Source: Dehalococcoidia bacterium
GTDB lineage: Bacteria; Chloroflexota; Dehalococcoidia; SpSt-223
DNA length: 64,000 nt
Direction of reading: 5' to 3'
Assembly (NCBI GenBank): GCA_025054935.1
Contig: JANWZD010000006.1
Span: forward strand, 24,228 to 88,227
The notes below the pieces were generated by a model. It was given only the letters and a program-made list of their open reading frames with translations, had not been told where the DNA came from and ran no database searches. Positions 47,731 to 58,230 of the stretch are shown here, one piece after another; positions within the stretch are counted from its first letter, which is position 1, and every line of letters begins with the position of its first letter. The translations under genes and the position numbers were made by a program.

Positions 47731-50685
47731 CTACTCGCGCAGCAGCCAATTGAGGATGCCGCCGAGCAGCGCCGCCCTGTCTCCTTCTGCAACCTGTTCG
47801 AGACCGAACGCCAGCACCGCCGAGCGGTACGCGAATTTGGGCCGCCCCTCGGGCCCCTCGGGATCGGAACGCCGCACCAGCGCGACCGGACGATCATCGG
47901 CGAGCAGCGCGGCTTGAACGGTTTCCGGCGCGAGATAGGTGTCGGAGTCCTCGCGGTAGGCATCGAGCACCGCGAGGTCACCGCTCCCGCTCAGCGAGAA
48001 CTGGCGGCCGGCAAGCGGCGACCCTGCCGGACCGCGGACAGTCGCGGGGAAGGGAACAGTGGCCCGCACAACCGCGCCAAGGTAGCCATGAAACAGCCGG
48101 GAACGGCCATAGAGCGCATCCTGCATAGCGAAGTTGACGTCGAGCGCCTCCGCCACCCGGTTGCCGGCAACGAGGATCGCCCCTCCCTCGTTGAGATATT
48201 CGTTCAAGATGTCTTGGTCCTGCTCGGTGAGCGAGATCCGGCCGCGCTCGACCGGCGAGTCGCGGCTTCCCGTGAACAGGATGACCACGCGGTAGCGCTG
48301 AAGCGCGCTCAAAGGCGGCACGCCGCGCTGGCCCGGCCGGCGCGCCTCGTCGGCATCGAAGAGGTCATAGGGGATTTTCAGCTGATCCAAGGCTGCGCGA
48401 TACGCTGCCGCCGTGTTCGGGCGCCCTCCATCTTCTGACCCATCGTTGTCGAGCAGCAAGACGAAGCGGTCGCGCGGAGGAACGACCCGCAGCCAGATAG
48501 GGATGCGCGCCTCGGCTGCCCCCTCAAGCACGAGGTCGCCGCCGTAGTCGCCTGCCGGCAGCCCCGCGGCAGACAGCCGGAGGGTCAGTTCGACCGTCTC
48601 ACCGCGGCCGACCGACAGCACCGCAGGCTCGACCGCTACCGGGAGCGGAGCGCCGACACTGGAGAAGCGGAGCCGATAGGTCCCGGCGGCCAGCGCCGTC
48701 ACGCGGACCGTGCGCGTCACCTCCTGTCCGGCGCTGACCCCGCCGAAGGCGAGGCTTGGCGGGTCCGCCAGCAGCGGAGCGGCCGCCGCCTTCGCCACGT
48801 CGATCCGTCCTGCTCCTCGCGCGAGGGGCGGCAGGAGCGCGCCTTCGGCGTCGCGAACCTCCGGCGAGGCCGTCGCCATCAACGCCGCGCGGACCTGGGC
48901 CGGCGACCACTCAGGACGAGCTTGCCGCAGGAGGGCCGCTGCGCCCGCGACGTGCGGAGCAGCCATACTGGTGCCGGACACCTGACCAAACCCTGCCAAC
49001 GGGTTCGGCGCGGGCCCGTAGCCCGCCGCGACGATATTGACGCCGGGCGCCACCACGTCTGGCGTGAGGGTGCGGTCTGCAGACGGGCCCCGGCTGCTGA
49101 ACTCAGCAAGGAGATTTGGGGTCGAAGAAACCGCTGTTGGGCGCGGGTCGATCCGCAGCTGCGCCGCCTCGCCTACCATCTCGACCCAGCGTTGCAGGCG
49201 CTCGCCGGCGCTCCGCCCGATCATTCCGACAGGAATGCGGATCTCTTCGGCCTGTCCGCCGAACCCCTCGATCGGCTGCTCCCCGCTATTGACAATCAGC
49301 ACCGCGGCAGCGCCGGCCTCTTGCGCATGACGCGCTTTCTCGACAAAGGGGCAGATACCGCGCGCGATGATCGCGACCCGGCCGGCGAGCGAGCCAGCCG
49401 GCAGGGGGTCGCAGGCTGCGCGCGGCTCAGACGGCTGCACGAGCGCAATCGGCAGCGGCCCGATCGGTGCGGTCAGGCGCGGCCCGAAGGCCGCCCGGCT
49501 GGAACGGACCCTCGCTTGGTCGGCCGGCTCATAGCCAACGAGTTCAACCGACTGGCGAGCGATTTCTCGGCTCGTTGTCACTGCGCCGACCGAGATCACG
49601 CCGCGAGCGTTTGAGGGGCTGTTTGTGGTCGCCACCCCTGGGCCGCTGTTGCCCGCGGCATTGACAACGACCACCCCTGCCCGGACAGCCGCTTCGACAG
49701 CACGCACCATCGGGTCGGCCCAGCCGTAGGTCGCGGCGTACGACGAGCCCCAAGAGTTGTTGATGACATCTGCTCCATCCCGCACGGCATCCTCGAGCGC
49801 CGCCACCAACTCGACAGTGAACGCATTGCCGTTGACGAAATCGCTCTCACTCCGCGAGGGATAGAAGACCCGGTAGTTCATCAGATAGGCGCCGGGCGCC
49901 ACGCCGCTGATCTCAACGCGGACCCCGTCGACGGTGGCAACGACGCCGGCATTGCCGGCGACGATGCTCGCGACATGGGTGCCGTGGCTATCGCCGTTGG
50001 GACCAGGAAGCGGGGTGTCCTCACCGGGACGCGGGGGATCATCGGGTCGAAAGTAGGCGCGCGCGGCGATCACCTTGGGTGTTGTAAAGCGGGTATCGCC
50101 TTTCGGGAAGCCCGGGGGATAGGCATAGCCCGTCGGATCGAAAGACGGGTGCGTCGTGGCGATCCCGCTATCGATGATGGCGACTTTAACCCCGCGGCCA
50201 GCATCGCGCGGGCTGCCGCCGACCTGGCGCCACAGCTCCGGGGCACCGATTTGCACGATATCCGGCGCGTTCGCCAGCCGATACGGGCGGTCCGGCGTGA
50301 CCGCGCGCACTCCGGGCACTCGGGAGAGCGGGCCTGCCGCGGCGACCGGCGCGCGGACGGCCAGCGCGTTGAGAAGGACGCCATAGTGGCGCTCGACCGT
50401 CGTTCCCGGCACCGCCGCCATCGCCCGGCGCGCTACCTGCTGCTGCTGCGCGGCGATCTGCTCGAAGACAGCGCGGGCCGGCGGCGAGTCGAAATCGGGC
50501 CGGGCGACCGGCGCGGGCCGGCCAAGTCCGGCGCGCCCCTCAGCGGCGAGCAGGAGGTCGACCGCGGCCGGCGCATCCAGTTCGACCAGAAAGCGAGCGA
50601 GCGGTGACGCCGCAGCATGGCCGGGCGGCAGGAAAGCAGCGAGAAGAAGGAACGCCAGCAGGGGTGCGAGGGCGCGCCAGGTCAT
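47731..50685 (-). CDS. secreted subtilisin-like S8 serine peptidase with inserted PA domain and large C-terminal domain
   Basis: Start at ATG 50685 (MTWRALAPLLAFLLLAAFLPPGHAAAS signal peptide). The track ORF from 50895 would run into the upstream gene. Catalytic triad motifs VAIIDSGI (Asp), HGTHVAS (His) and GTSMAAPHVAG (Ser). ~984 aa. Confidence 0.85.
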   Translation of the reverse strand: MTWRALAPLLAFLLLAAFLPPGHAAASPLARFLVELDAPAAVDLLLAAEGRAGLGRPAPVARPDFDSPPARAVFEQIAAQQQQVARRAMAAVPGTTVERHYGVLLNALAVRAPVAAAGPLSRVPGVRAVTPDRPYRLANAPDIVQIGAPELWRQVGGSPRDAGRGVKVAIIDSGIATTHPSFDPTGYAYPPGFPKGDTRFTTPKVIAARAYFRPDDPPRPGEDTPLPGPNGDSHGTHVASIVAGNAGVVATVDGVRVEISGVAPGAYLMNYRVFYPSRSESDFVNGNAFTVELVAALEDAVRDGADVINNSWGSSYAATYGWADPMVRAVEAAVRAGVVVVNAAGNSGPGVATTNSPSNARGVISVGAVTTSREIARQSVELVGYEPADQARVRSSRAAFGPRLTAPIGPLPIALVQPSEPRAACDPLPAGSLAGRVAIIARGICPFVEKARHAQEAGAAAVLIVNSGEQPIEGFGGQAEEIRIPVGMIGRSAGERLQRWVEMVGEAAQLRIDPRPTAVSSTPNLLAEFSSRGPSADRTLTPDVVAPGVNIVAAGYGPAPNPLAGFGQVSGTSMAAPHVAGAAALLRQARPEWSPAQVRAALMATASPEVRDAEGALLPPLARGAGRIDVAKAAAAPLLADPPSLAFGGVSAGQEVTRTVRVTALAAGTYRLRFSSVGAPLPVAVEPAVLSVGRGETVELTLRLSAAGLPAGDYGGDLVLEGAAEARIPIWLRVVPPRDRFVLLLDNDGSEDGGRPNTAAAYRAALDQLKIPYDLFDADEARRPGQRGVPPLSALQRYRVVILFTGSRDSPVERGRISLTEQDQDILNEYLNEGGAILVAGNRVAEALDVNFAMQDALYGRSRLFHGYLGAVVRATVPFPATVRGPAGSPLAGRQFSLSGSGDLAVLDAYREDSDTYLAPETVQAALLADDRPVALVRRSDPEGPEGRPKFAYRSAVLAFGLEQVAEGDRAALLGGILNWLLRE

Positions 50686-50687
50686 CG

Positions 50688-51401
50688 CTACCGACGGTAT
50701 TTCAGCCGCTTGAAGGCCTCCGCGTACGCGAAGCCGGGCACCTCGCCGATATTCGCGGCGCCCTCGCGGATACGCTCGGCAAGCCCTTCCCCTGACCCGA
50801 CTTGGCTGACGTGGCAGCGCAGCGCCGCGATCTTCTTCTCGATAAAGTCGGTGATATCGACATAGACATCCGGATGCTCGGCGCCCATCACCCACGCCTC
50901 GGCCGTCTTGTGCGGTTCCAGCCCTTCAGCGATCTGCTCGGGAAAATACAGGTGATCGCGCGCGGCAGGAAAGACCGAGTCGAGCGCAACCGACCCCGCC
51001 ACGCGGTGGTCGCGATGCTGCGCAAAGAGGCTGAGCCGACGCACCGGGTCTTGGCAGACGACAACATCGGGCCGGTACGTCCGGATCGCCCGGACGATGT
51101 CGCTTTGGAATTGGGGAGTGTCAGCCAGAAAGCCGTCGGGATAGCCGAGGATTTTGAACTCCTTGATCCCGAGCACCTTGCAGGCCTCCGCCTGCTCTGC
51201 TGCCCGAATCTTGGCCAGGCGCTCGCTGGTCATCGAACGGTCGCTGCTCCCTTTGTCGCCGTTGGTCGCGATCACGAGAAAGACATCGCGGCCTTCCGCG
51301 CACCATTTCGCGACCGACCCGCCGCAGCCAAACTCCATATCGTCCGGATGAGCCGTGATCACCAGGATCGACCGGTATTCCTCGGGCATTTCGGACATCA
51401 A
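50688..51401 (-). CDS. PIG-L/LmbE family N-acetylglucosaminyl deacetylase
   Basis: ILVITAHPDDMEFGCGG zinc-binding signature; HRDH also present. 237 aa. Confidence 0.8.
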   Translation of the reverse strand: MMSEMPEEYRSILVITAHPDDMEFGCGGSVAKWCAEGRDVFLVIATNGDKGSSDRSMTSERLAKIRAAEQAEACKVLGIKEFKILGYPDGFLADTPQFQSDIVRAIRTYRPDVVVCQDPVRRLSLFAQHRDHRVAGSVALDSVFPAARDHLYFPEQIAEGLEPHKTAEAWVMGAEHPDVYVDITDFIEKKIAALRCHVSQVGSGEGLAERIREGAANIGEVPGFAYAEAFKRLKYRR

Positions 51402-51470
51402 CCCTTTCTCCGCTCGTGGTGGTTCAGCAAAAACGGCGGCCAGCTGGGGCTGCCATCCCTCTAGTCTACG

Positions 51471-51941
51471 TCACGTTGGCCGCTTCCTGACCAGCAGCGT
51501 ATGCTGAAACGTAAGCACAGTCTCGCCACGTTGGTTAACAATGCGGTTGTCAAGCCGGATCACCCCCCGGTCTGCCCGGCTCGTCTCGCGGGTCTCAGTG
51601 ATCGTCACTTCATTGTGAATGGTGTCCCCCGGGCGCACCGGGCCGTGATAGCGCACGCTCTCGACGCCGAGCAAGGCGAGCAAGGTGCCGGTCACCAACG
51701 GCTCTGTCGACGCGAGGCCGATCGAGAGCGCGAGCGGACCAGGCGCGATGCGCCCCCCAAAGGGCGACGCGGCAGCGTATTCCTCATCGAGGAACTGCGG
51801 ATTGTTGGCGCCGATAAGGCCGGCGAAGAGCACGATATCCGCCTCGGTGATGGTGCGGCCGTCGGTTCGAAAGCGCTCGCCGACGGCAAACTGGTCGAAC
51901 CAGCGACCGAAGCGCACTGGCTGTGCAGCCGGATGGTCCAT
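51471..51941 (-). CDS. MaoC-like dehydratase (hotdog fold)
   Basis: 156 aa. GRTITEADIVLFAGLIGANNPQFLDEEYAA matches the MaoC dehydratase N-terminal motif. Confidence 0.75.
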   Translation of the reverse strand: MDHPAAQPVRFGRWFDQFAVGERFRTDGRTITEADIVLFAGLIGANNPQFLDEEYAAASPFGGRIAPGPLALSIGLASTEPLVTGTLLALLGVESVRYHGPVRPGDTIHNEVTITETRETSRADRGVIRLDNRIVNQRGETVLTFQHTLLVRKRPT

Positions 51942-51974
51942 CGCGCTCAGTGTAGCGAAAGCGCGGCGCCTCCG

Positions 51975-54320
51975 TCAGTGAAGCGCGCGCCACGTCAGCC
52001 AGTCGCGGAGCGCGTCGAGCCGGCGCGTGGGGATGGGGTCGTGCCAGTCAAGGTCGTAGCGGTTTTCACTGATCAGGATGCCCTGCCGGCTGACGCGGAG
52101 CACCATCTCTCCGGTGCTGGGAAGCCGGACGGCCACCTCGCCAAGGCACGTCGCCGCGTTCGGAGCGGCGACAGCCGTTCGCCGGAAGAGCTGATGCCCG
52201 TTCAGTTCGGCGACAACCTCCAGCCTGTCGAGCGCGGCAAGCGTGTCGTTCACGATCCAGAGCGTTCCCCGCAGTTCGTCGCCGGCCCGGTAGGGGCGCA
52301 GCGGATATTCGACTGAGGCGAGGACTGGCGCGTACCATCCCTTGAGACAGCGGAACGCGCGCTTCGGCCGCCCGAAGTAGTCGATGACCGACCAGCTGAT
52401 CGCGGGCCAGGGCTCATTCAGCTGCCAGAAGATCGTGCCGGTCGCGGCGCCCGCGCATCGACGCATATGCTCGATCGCGACCTGCAGTCCATTCGCTTGC
52501 GCTCGCTGGGTAGCAGCGGCAAAGGCCGTGAGATCATCGAGGCGAGCCTGCGCATAGCGCTGGAGCTTGTCGAGCTGCGCAGAATGCCGTTCCCACTCCG
52601 GCCCCGGGGCAGGGTCGTCGGGTAAGGCTGCCCAGAGCGTCTCCACCGCGGGTGCTGCCTGCAGGCCGAATTCCGAGAGGAGCGGCGCGCGCTCGAGCCG
52701 GTAGTCGGCCACGTTCGCCTTGGCGTGCCAGACCCGCCAGTTGTGCCGTTCCCCCGCGCTCGGCGAGGCAGCGCGAAAGGGCCGGCTGCCGTCCTCACGC
52801 GCGACCGCATTGGCGATGGCGGCGACGACCGGACGGTTCCGGTTCGGATTGAACTCGTTGCCCCCGCACCAGATCACTACCGACGGATGGTTCCGGAGAG
52901 CGCGGACGATCCCGCGGCACTCCTCTTCGACAAACGCCGCATACGCGCGGTCACGCGGAAAGTGGTCGAAGAAAGCGACCGAAAACGGAAACTCTTGCCA
53001 GACCAGCATCCCCAGTTCGTCGCAGATGCGATAAAACGCCTCGCGCTCCCGTAGGCCGCCGCCCCACACCCGCAGCAGATTGACGCCCGCCGCTTTCGCC
53101 TCTTCGATACGGGCGCGGTACTCCTCCTCGCCTAGTCGGCTAAGGAGCGAGTCGTTCGGCACCCAGTTGGCGCCCCGGATAAAGAGCGTGCGGCCATTGA
53201 CGACGAGCCGAACGCAGTCATCGGCAGGTGCGCCGCGCCCGCGGTGGCTTGGCGCTCCCATCTCAACCGTTCGAATGCCGACACGCTCGCTCCACCGGTC
53301 AGAGAGCGCCCCGTCAGCGGCAAGCCGCACCTCGAGCCGGTAGAGCGCCGGCCGGCCGCGCTCCCACGGTTCCCAGCGTCTCGCTTCCGCGAGGGAGAGG
53401 CGCAAGCGCCGCAGCGAGCTGCCGGCAGGAGCAGCCCACTGCGCCTCCGTCTCCGCCACGTTCGCGCCAGCATCATCGGTGAGGCAGGCGACAGCAGTCA
53501 GGGTGGCGGGACGCTCGAGGTCGAGTTCGAGGTCGAGCGTGACGAGGGCGCTTGCGGCGCAGGGACGCGAGCGCACCGCAAGAGCCACGATCGCCGCCGG
53601 CCCCGTCGTCTGGAGCAGAATGTCATCCCAGAGCCCGATCGTCGGGAGGGGCGGCGCAAAATCCCAGCCGTATGTCATCTGACACTTGAGCGTGGCGAGG
53701 CGAGGAGGAAAGAGGGTGCTGCCGAAAACGTGGCGGAACGCCCATGCCATCAGGCGTTCGCGTCTCCCAAGGCGCGGCGTCGGCAGGGTCAGGGGCGCAG
53801 CGCAGCGGACGGTGAGCGTGCCTCCCGCCGCGGGGAGCGCGACCCTGCGCTCACTGAACATGCCTCGGAACCGCGCAACCACCTGCGTATCGATCGCGAT
53901 CTCGCCCTGATAGTCGATCCCCTTGAAGCGCAGAAAGCGCCGGTGCGGAGCGGGCGGGATCGAGCGGCGAAAAATCCAGTCCCGCTCTGCGACCCACTGC
54001 GACTCGCTGGCTTGGCGGCCGACGAGCGGGTCCGGAATGCGGCCGGCAGCGAGAAGGGAGAGACGCACATCCCCCGGGAGCACTGCCGGAAGCCATTCTT
54101 CTGGAGGGCCACCTGGGCGCGCCGGAGCGCACTCCCAGCCATCGTGCAGCGGAACGATCTCGCCCAGTTGCGAACTTGCAGGAGCCAATCGTCGCCCGAA
54201 ACGGAGGAGGTCTTGGACGATAGGAAATCGTAATACGTTTTGTCTTGCCGGGCGAGTGAGGGGGTGATAGAGTTGCGGTCGCTTCGGACGGGACGACCGG
54301 GCGTCGGCCGCAGCCTCCAC
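51975..54320 (-). CDS. glycoside hydrolase family 2 protein (beta-mannosidase / exo-beta-glucosaminidase-like)
   Basis: GH2 N-terminal sugar-binding domain (VPLHDGWE...), a TIM barrel with LRVWGGGLREREAFYRICDELGMLVWQEFPFS and NEFNPN (catalytic Glu). GTG start at 54320; exact start uncertain. Confidence 0.7.
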   Translation of the reverse strand: MEAAADARSSRPKRPQLYHPLTRPARQNVLRFPIVQDLLRFGRRLAPASSQLGEIVPLHDGWECAPARPGGPPEEWLPAVLPGDVRLSLLAAGRIPDPLVGRQASESQWVAERDWIFRRSIPPAPHRRFLRFKGIDYQGEIAIDTQVVARFRGMFSERRVALPAAGGTLTVRCAAPLTLPTPRLGRRERLMAWAFRHVFGSTLFPPRLATLKCQMTYGWDFAPPLPTIGLWDDILLQTTGPAAIVALAVRSRPCAASALVTLDLELDLERPATLTAVACLTDDAGANVAETEAQWAAPAGSSLRRLRLSLAEARRWEPWERGRPALYRLEVRLAADGALSDRWSERVGIRTVEMGAPSHRGRGAPADDCVRLVVNGRTLFIRGANWVPNDSLLSRLGEEEYRARIEEAKAAGVNLLRVWGGGLREREAFYRICDELGMLVWQEFPFSVAFFDHFPRDRAYAAFVEEECRGIVRALRNHPSVVIWCGGNEFNPNRNRPVVAAIANAVAREDGSRPFRAASPSAGERHNWRVWHAKANVADYRLERAPLLSEFGLQAAPAVETLWAALPDDPAPGPEWERHSAQLDKLQRYAQARLDDLTAFAAATQRAQANGLQVAIEHMRRCAGAATGTIFWQLNEPWPAISWSVIDYFGRPKRAFRCLKGWYAPVLASVEYPLRPYRAGDELRGTLWIVNDTLAALDRLEVVAELNGHQLFRRTAVAAPNAATCLGEVAVRLPSTGEMVLRVSRQGILISENRYDLDWHDPIPTRRLDALRDWLTWRALH

Positions 54321-54525
54321 CGACCTCGCCGTTCCTCACCACCAAGTCGTGGCACGCGGCCACGATGGCGTGGCCGCCCGAAGCGAGGCGCTCCCACTGC
54401 TCTCGCGAGCGATGAGGAGCGCTTCGCCGCTATTCCGGATGCTTCGGAAACGCCAGAGCGTGGTGGGTTCGCGCCTTTTGGAAATCTGAACGCGTGGTTC
54501 TCCCACGCCGCGTGGAGGGTCGTGC

Positions 54526-55906
54526 GATGGTGAACGGCGTCGGGCCAGCGCGGACAGCGCGCGAGATCTGGCAAACCGCGCTGGGGCAACTCGAACTCCA
54601 AGTCAACCGGACCAGCTACCTCACCTATCTGAAAGACACGACCGGGTACAGCTTCGACGGACAGTGCTTCACGATCGTCGCCCCGAACACTTTTGCCCGA
54701 GATTGGCTTGACGGCCGCCTCGCCTCGACCGTGAAGCGGACGCTCATCGACATCGTGGGCGCTCCGGTTGATGTCCGCTTTGTCGTGCGGCCAGAGGAGA
54801 CAACCTCGCGCGCCCCCTCCACCCCCCTCGAAGAGTGGGCGGACTCTCAGCCGCTTGCCGTGCGCAAAGCGCGGCTGAACCCTCGCTACACCTTCGACTC
54901 CTTCATCGTCGGCGCGAGCAACCGCCTCGCTCATGCCGCTGCCGAAGCTGTCGCCGCCCAACCGGGGAGCGCCTACAACCCCCTCTTCATCTGGGGGGGC
55001 GTCGGGCTGGGCAAAACGCATCTCCTCCACGCGATCGGGCACCGCGTCGAAGCGCGGGGGCTATCGGTGATCTATGTCACCTCCGAAACGTTCACGAACG
55101 AGTTCATCCGAGCGATCCGCGACCGGCAGAACGACGCCTTTCGAGAAAAATACCGCAGCGTCGACTTGCTTCTCATCGACGACATTCAGTTCCTCGCCAC
55201 CAAAGAGCAGACGCAGGAAGAGTTTTTCCATACCTTCAACGACCTGCATAGCAATGGCAAGCAAATCGTCATCACCTCAGACCGCTCGCCGAAGGTGATG
55301 CCGTCTCTCGAAGATCGGCTGCGATCGCGGTTCGAATGGGGACTGATCGCCGATATCGAAGCGCCCGACTTCGAGACAAGAGTGGCAATCCTCGAAAAGA
55401 AGGCGCGCGACTGCAACGCCCAAGTACCTCGCGAAGTGCTCGAGCTGATCGCGCACAAGTTCCAGAACAACATCCGCGAACTGGAAGGCTCGCTTAACAA
55501 GGCGCTGATGTTCGCGCGCACCCACGGCGTCCCGCTCACGCTCGAGGTCGCGCATCAAGCGCTCTTGGGGGGCACCCAGACAATCAACCGCCGGCGGGTC
55601 ATCACGCCGCGGCTCGTCATTGAAACTGTCGCCGCCTATTACCGTGTCGACCCGAGCGACCTCCGCGGCAAGCGCCGGGATCAGCACATCACTCATCCGC
55701 GCCACGTCGCGATGTACATCATCCGCGAAGAGACGCAGTGCACCTATCAGGAGATCGGGGCTGAGCTCGGCAAGCGCGACCACTCCACCGTTATGCACGG
55801 CTGCGAGCGGATTGCCTCAGAGCTGAAAACAAACCAGCAGCTTGTGCGCGAGGTGAACGAGATCCGCACGCTGCTCTATCAGCAAGGGAGCGGGGGGATC
55901 AAATAG
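54526..55906 (+). CDS. dnaA: chromosomal replication initiator protein DnaA
   Basis: ATG 54526 (MVNGVGPARTAREIWQTALGQLELQV); an in-frame GTG at 54494 is an alternative. AAA+ motifs GGVGLGKTHLLHAIGH and LLIDDIQFL. C-terminal DNA-binding domain (HGCERIASELK). Confidence 0.9.
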
Positions 55907-57311
55907 CCGGGCGCGCAAGGGCGACAATGTCGACCGGCAGACCCCGCTCGTCAAGCGCGAGGATCGCCTCCGCGAGCTGTTCGGCGCGTTCCGCAGTGAC
56001 AAGCCGCGTCGCGTTGATCATGAATTTCAGGCGCAATTCTTCGGGGGAGAGCGGGTTGTCTGGCCCGCCGCGGTTTGCCATCACTCGTTCCTCAACCACC
56101 CGGCCATCGCGGAAGTGGACCCGCACGATCGCGGGAAACTGGTACGGATAGATCGCGTCTGCCTCCGGGTCGGCATACGGCTCGACCTTCGCGGCAAGCG
56201 CAAGCACCCGGGGGTCGCGCGCCTTTTCATCGGTGAAATCGTCGAACGAAACCCCAAGCCCGCTCCCGCCGAGGAGGGCGGTTGCGACTGTGAACGGTCC
56301 GCTGAACTGCGCATGGTAGCCGCTCTGGGGGCGGATCTTCTCCTCGCGCGGCTGACCGATCGTCCGGAGGGTCGGGCCGGCAACGCCAAGCTCGATCCGC
56401 TCGACTTGGTCGGGGTCGAGCGGACCATACTTTCGCCGGATTGCGATGGCGGCGTCGATCCCGCCGTGGGTGTAGTGGTTGGCAGGATAGGGCTTGTAGA
56501 AGATCTTCGGGATTGACCACTCCTCGCCCAGCCCGCCGACGACATTCGCCGGGTCGAACCGAGCATCGATGAACGCGTTATAGAGGCCGAACCGGCCTTC
56601 TAGGACGGTCGGCGGCCCGGTATAGCCCGCTTTGGCCAAGAAGGCAGCGAGGAGCCCGCTGTGCGCCGCCCAGCCGCAGTGCAGCCGCTTGACCGACCCG
56701 CCAGTGCGGTTCGCCTCGATCACGCCGCTCGCGAAGCTGGCAGCGATCCCAAGCGCGTTTCGAATGCCATCCACGCCGAGCCCAAGCAGCTTCGCCCCAA
56801 GGGCAGCCGCGCCCATCGTTCCGCAGATCGCGGTGGTATGCCATCCTCTGTCGAACCAGACATTCCCCTCCGGCAGCTGCCCGCCCATTCCGATGCGAAC
56901 GCAGACCTCGATCCCCACTGCGGCGGCAGCGATCGCGTCGCGCCCGCTCGCCCCAACCGCTTCTGCCAAGGCGAGCGTTGCCGGAACAATCGACGCGCTC
57001 GGATGGAGAATCGACGGGAGATGGGTATCGTCGAAATCGAGGCTGTGAGCGAGCGTGCCGTTCACCTGCGCCGCGACCGGCGCGGGGAAGCGGCCGGCCC
57101 GCCCGACTATCCCCGCCTCCTCCCGTCCCCCCCACGCCTCCGCGAGAGCGATCACGCCGTCGGCCAGCCCTTCAGCGGCAGCGGCAAGACAGATGCCGAT
57201 GGTGTCGAGGATCCGATCTTTGACACTGCTCACCACTGGCGGGGGCAGCGTTTCAAAGGTGACGGAGGCAGCAAATTCGGCGAGCTGGTGGCTGAGCGTC
57301 CGGTCGGTCAT
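55899..57311 (-). CDS. MmgE/PrpD family protein (second copy)
   Basis: 470 aa. N-terminus MTDRTLSHQLAEFAASVTFETLPPPVVSSVKDRILDTIG is the classic PrpD-family start. Its 3' end overlaps the dnaA stop by 8 nt convergently. ATGA-coupled to the upstream cyclase gene. Confidence 0.8.
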   Translation of the reverse strand: MTDRTLSHQLAEFAASVTFETLPPPVVSSVKDRILDTIGICLAAAAEGLADGVIALAEAWGGREEAGIVGRAGRFPAPVAAQVNGTLAHSLDFDDTHLPSILHPSASIVPATLALAEAVGASGRDAIAAAAVGIEVCVRIGMGGQLPEGNVWFDRGWHTTAICGTMGAAALGAKLLGLGVDGIRNALGIAASFASGVIEANRTGGSVKRLHCGWAAHSGLLAAFLAKAGYTGPPTVLEGRFGLYNAFIDARFDPANVVGGLGEEWSIPKIFYKPYPANHYTHGGIDAAIAIRRKYGPLDPDQVERIELGVAGPTLRTIGQPREEKIRPQSGYHAQFSGPFTVATALLGGSGLGVSFDDFTDEKARDPRVLALAAKVEPYADPEADAIYPYQFPAIVRVHFRDGRVVEERVMANRGGPDNPLSPEELRLKFMINATRLVTAERAEQLAEAILALDERGLPVDIVALARPAI

Positions 57312-58120
57312 GCCGCCACCGCCAGCGGCCGCACCGGGCAGCCTGTCGCGCCGACAAGGCGAAGCGGAATGCAGATGAAGAGAAACTCGTAGACGCCCGC
57401 TGCCGCCAGTGCCTCGAGGTTCACGTTTTCGAGGATATAAATGCCGGCGTCGACGAGGAGCACTTTATGAGCAGGCAGCAGGCTATGCCCTGCTCCTGGC
57501 GCCAGCCATTCGTAGGCCATCGAGTCATGGCCGGTCGCGCGCACCCGGCGCTCGGCCAGCCATTCGGCCGCCGAGACATCTGGCCCCGGCACGCCGCTCT
57601 CGTGGCCGAGATAGGTCTCCGGCTCGCTCCAGTGCCGCGCCCAGCCCGACCGGATCAGCACCACATCCCCGGGCTGGGGCTCCCCGATCCCTTGCCGACG
57701 CGCCACCGCGCGCAGCTCCTCGGCCGTGATTTTCTCCGCCGGCGGGAGCGTGGCGACGCCGCGCGCCCCCGCGACATCGAGCAGGAGGCCGCGGCAGAGC
57801 ATCGGCGCGATCGTCTCGACCCCGAGCTGCTTGAACCGCCCCCCAGTCTGCGCCTCCGCCGCATCAACGCCGCCATGCAGCATGCCCCTAAAGCCGACGT
57901 GGGCCAGGGCATCGATGTGCGTGCCGGTATGACCACCAAGCACCATCATCTCGTTCGCGGCGGTCACCCCGTCGGCGCGCACCGAGTCGCCATGACGCCG
58001 AAGCAACGCCATTCGGAAGCCGGGATGGTTCGGCGAGACCGGGATCGTCGGCTCGAGCGGGTGACTGAGGTCGAACACCCGACTGGATTGCAGAAGCGTT
58101 TGCCAGGAGGCTCCTGTCAT
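57308..58120 (-). CDS. cyclase family protein (kynurenine formamidase-like metal-dependent hydrolase)
   Basis: 270 aa. HTGTHIDALAH motif of the putative cyclase / arylformamidase family. Confidence 0.7.
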   Translation of the reverse strand: MTGASWQTLLQSSRVFDLSHPLEPTIPVSPNHPGFRMALLRRHGDSVRADGVTAANEMMVLGGHTGTHIDALAHVGFRGMLHGGVDAAEAQTGGRFKQLGVETIAPMLCRGLLLDVAGARGVATLPPAEKITAEELRAVARRQGIGEPQPGDVVLIRSGWARHWSEPETYLGHESGVPGPDVSAAEWLAERRVRATGHDSMAYEWLAPGAGHSLLPAHKVLLVDAGIYILENVNLEALAAAGVYEFLFICIPLRLVGATGCPVRPLAVAA

Positions 58121-58230
58121 CGTCCACTCCGTTCACGCGAAGTCGTGGTCGGATTGTACGGGCGGTGCGCGTACACTCACGCCGACGCCTCGGTTCAGCG
58201 CTCTCGCGGCGCAGGGCAGCGCGAGCGCAA

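Noticed and set aside
54321-54525. DnaA boxes / oriC immediately upstream of dnaA
   Set aside because: Only weak CGTGG-containing repeats. No TTATCCACA-like 9-mers and no AT-rich DUE. Not called.
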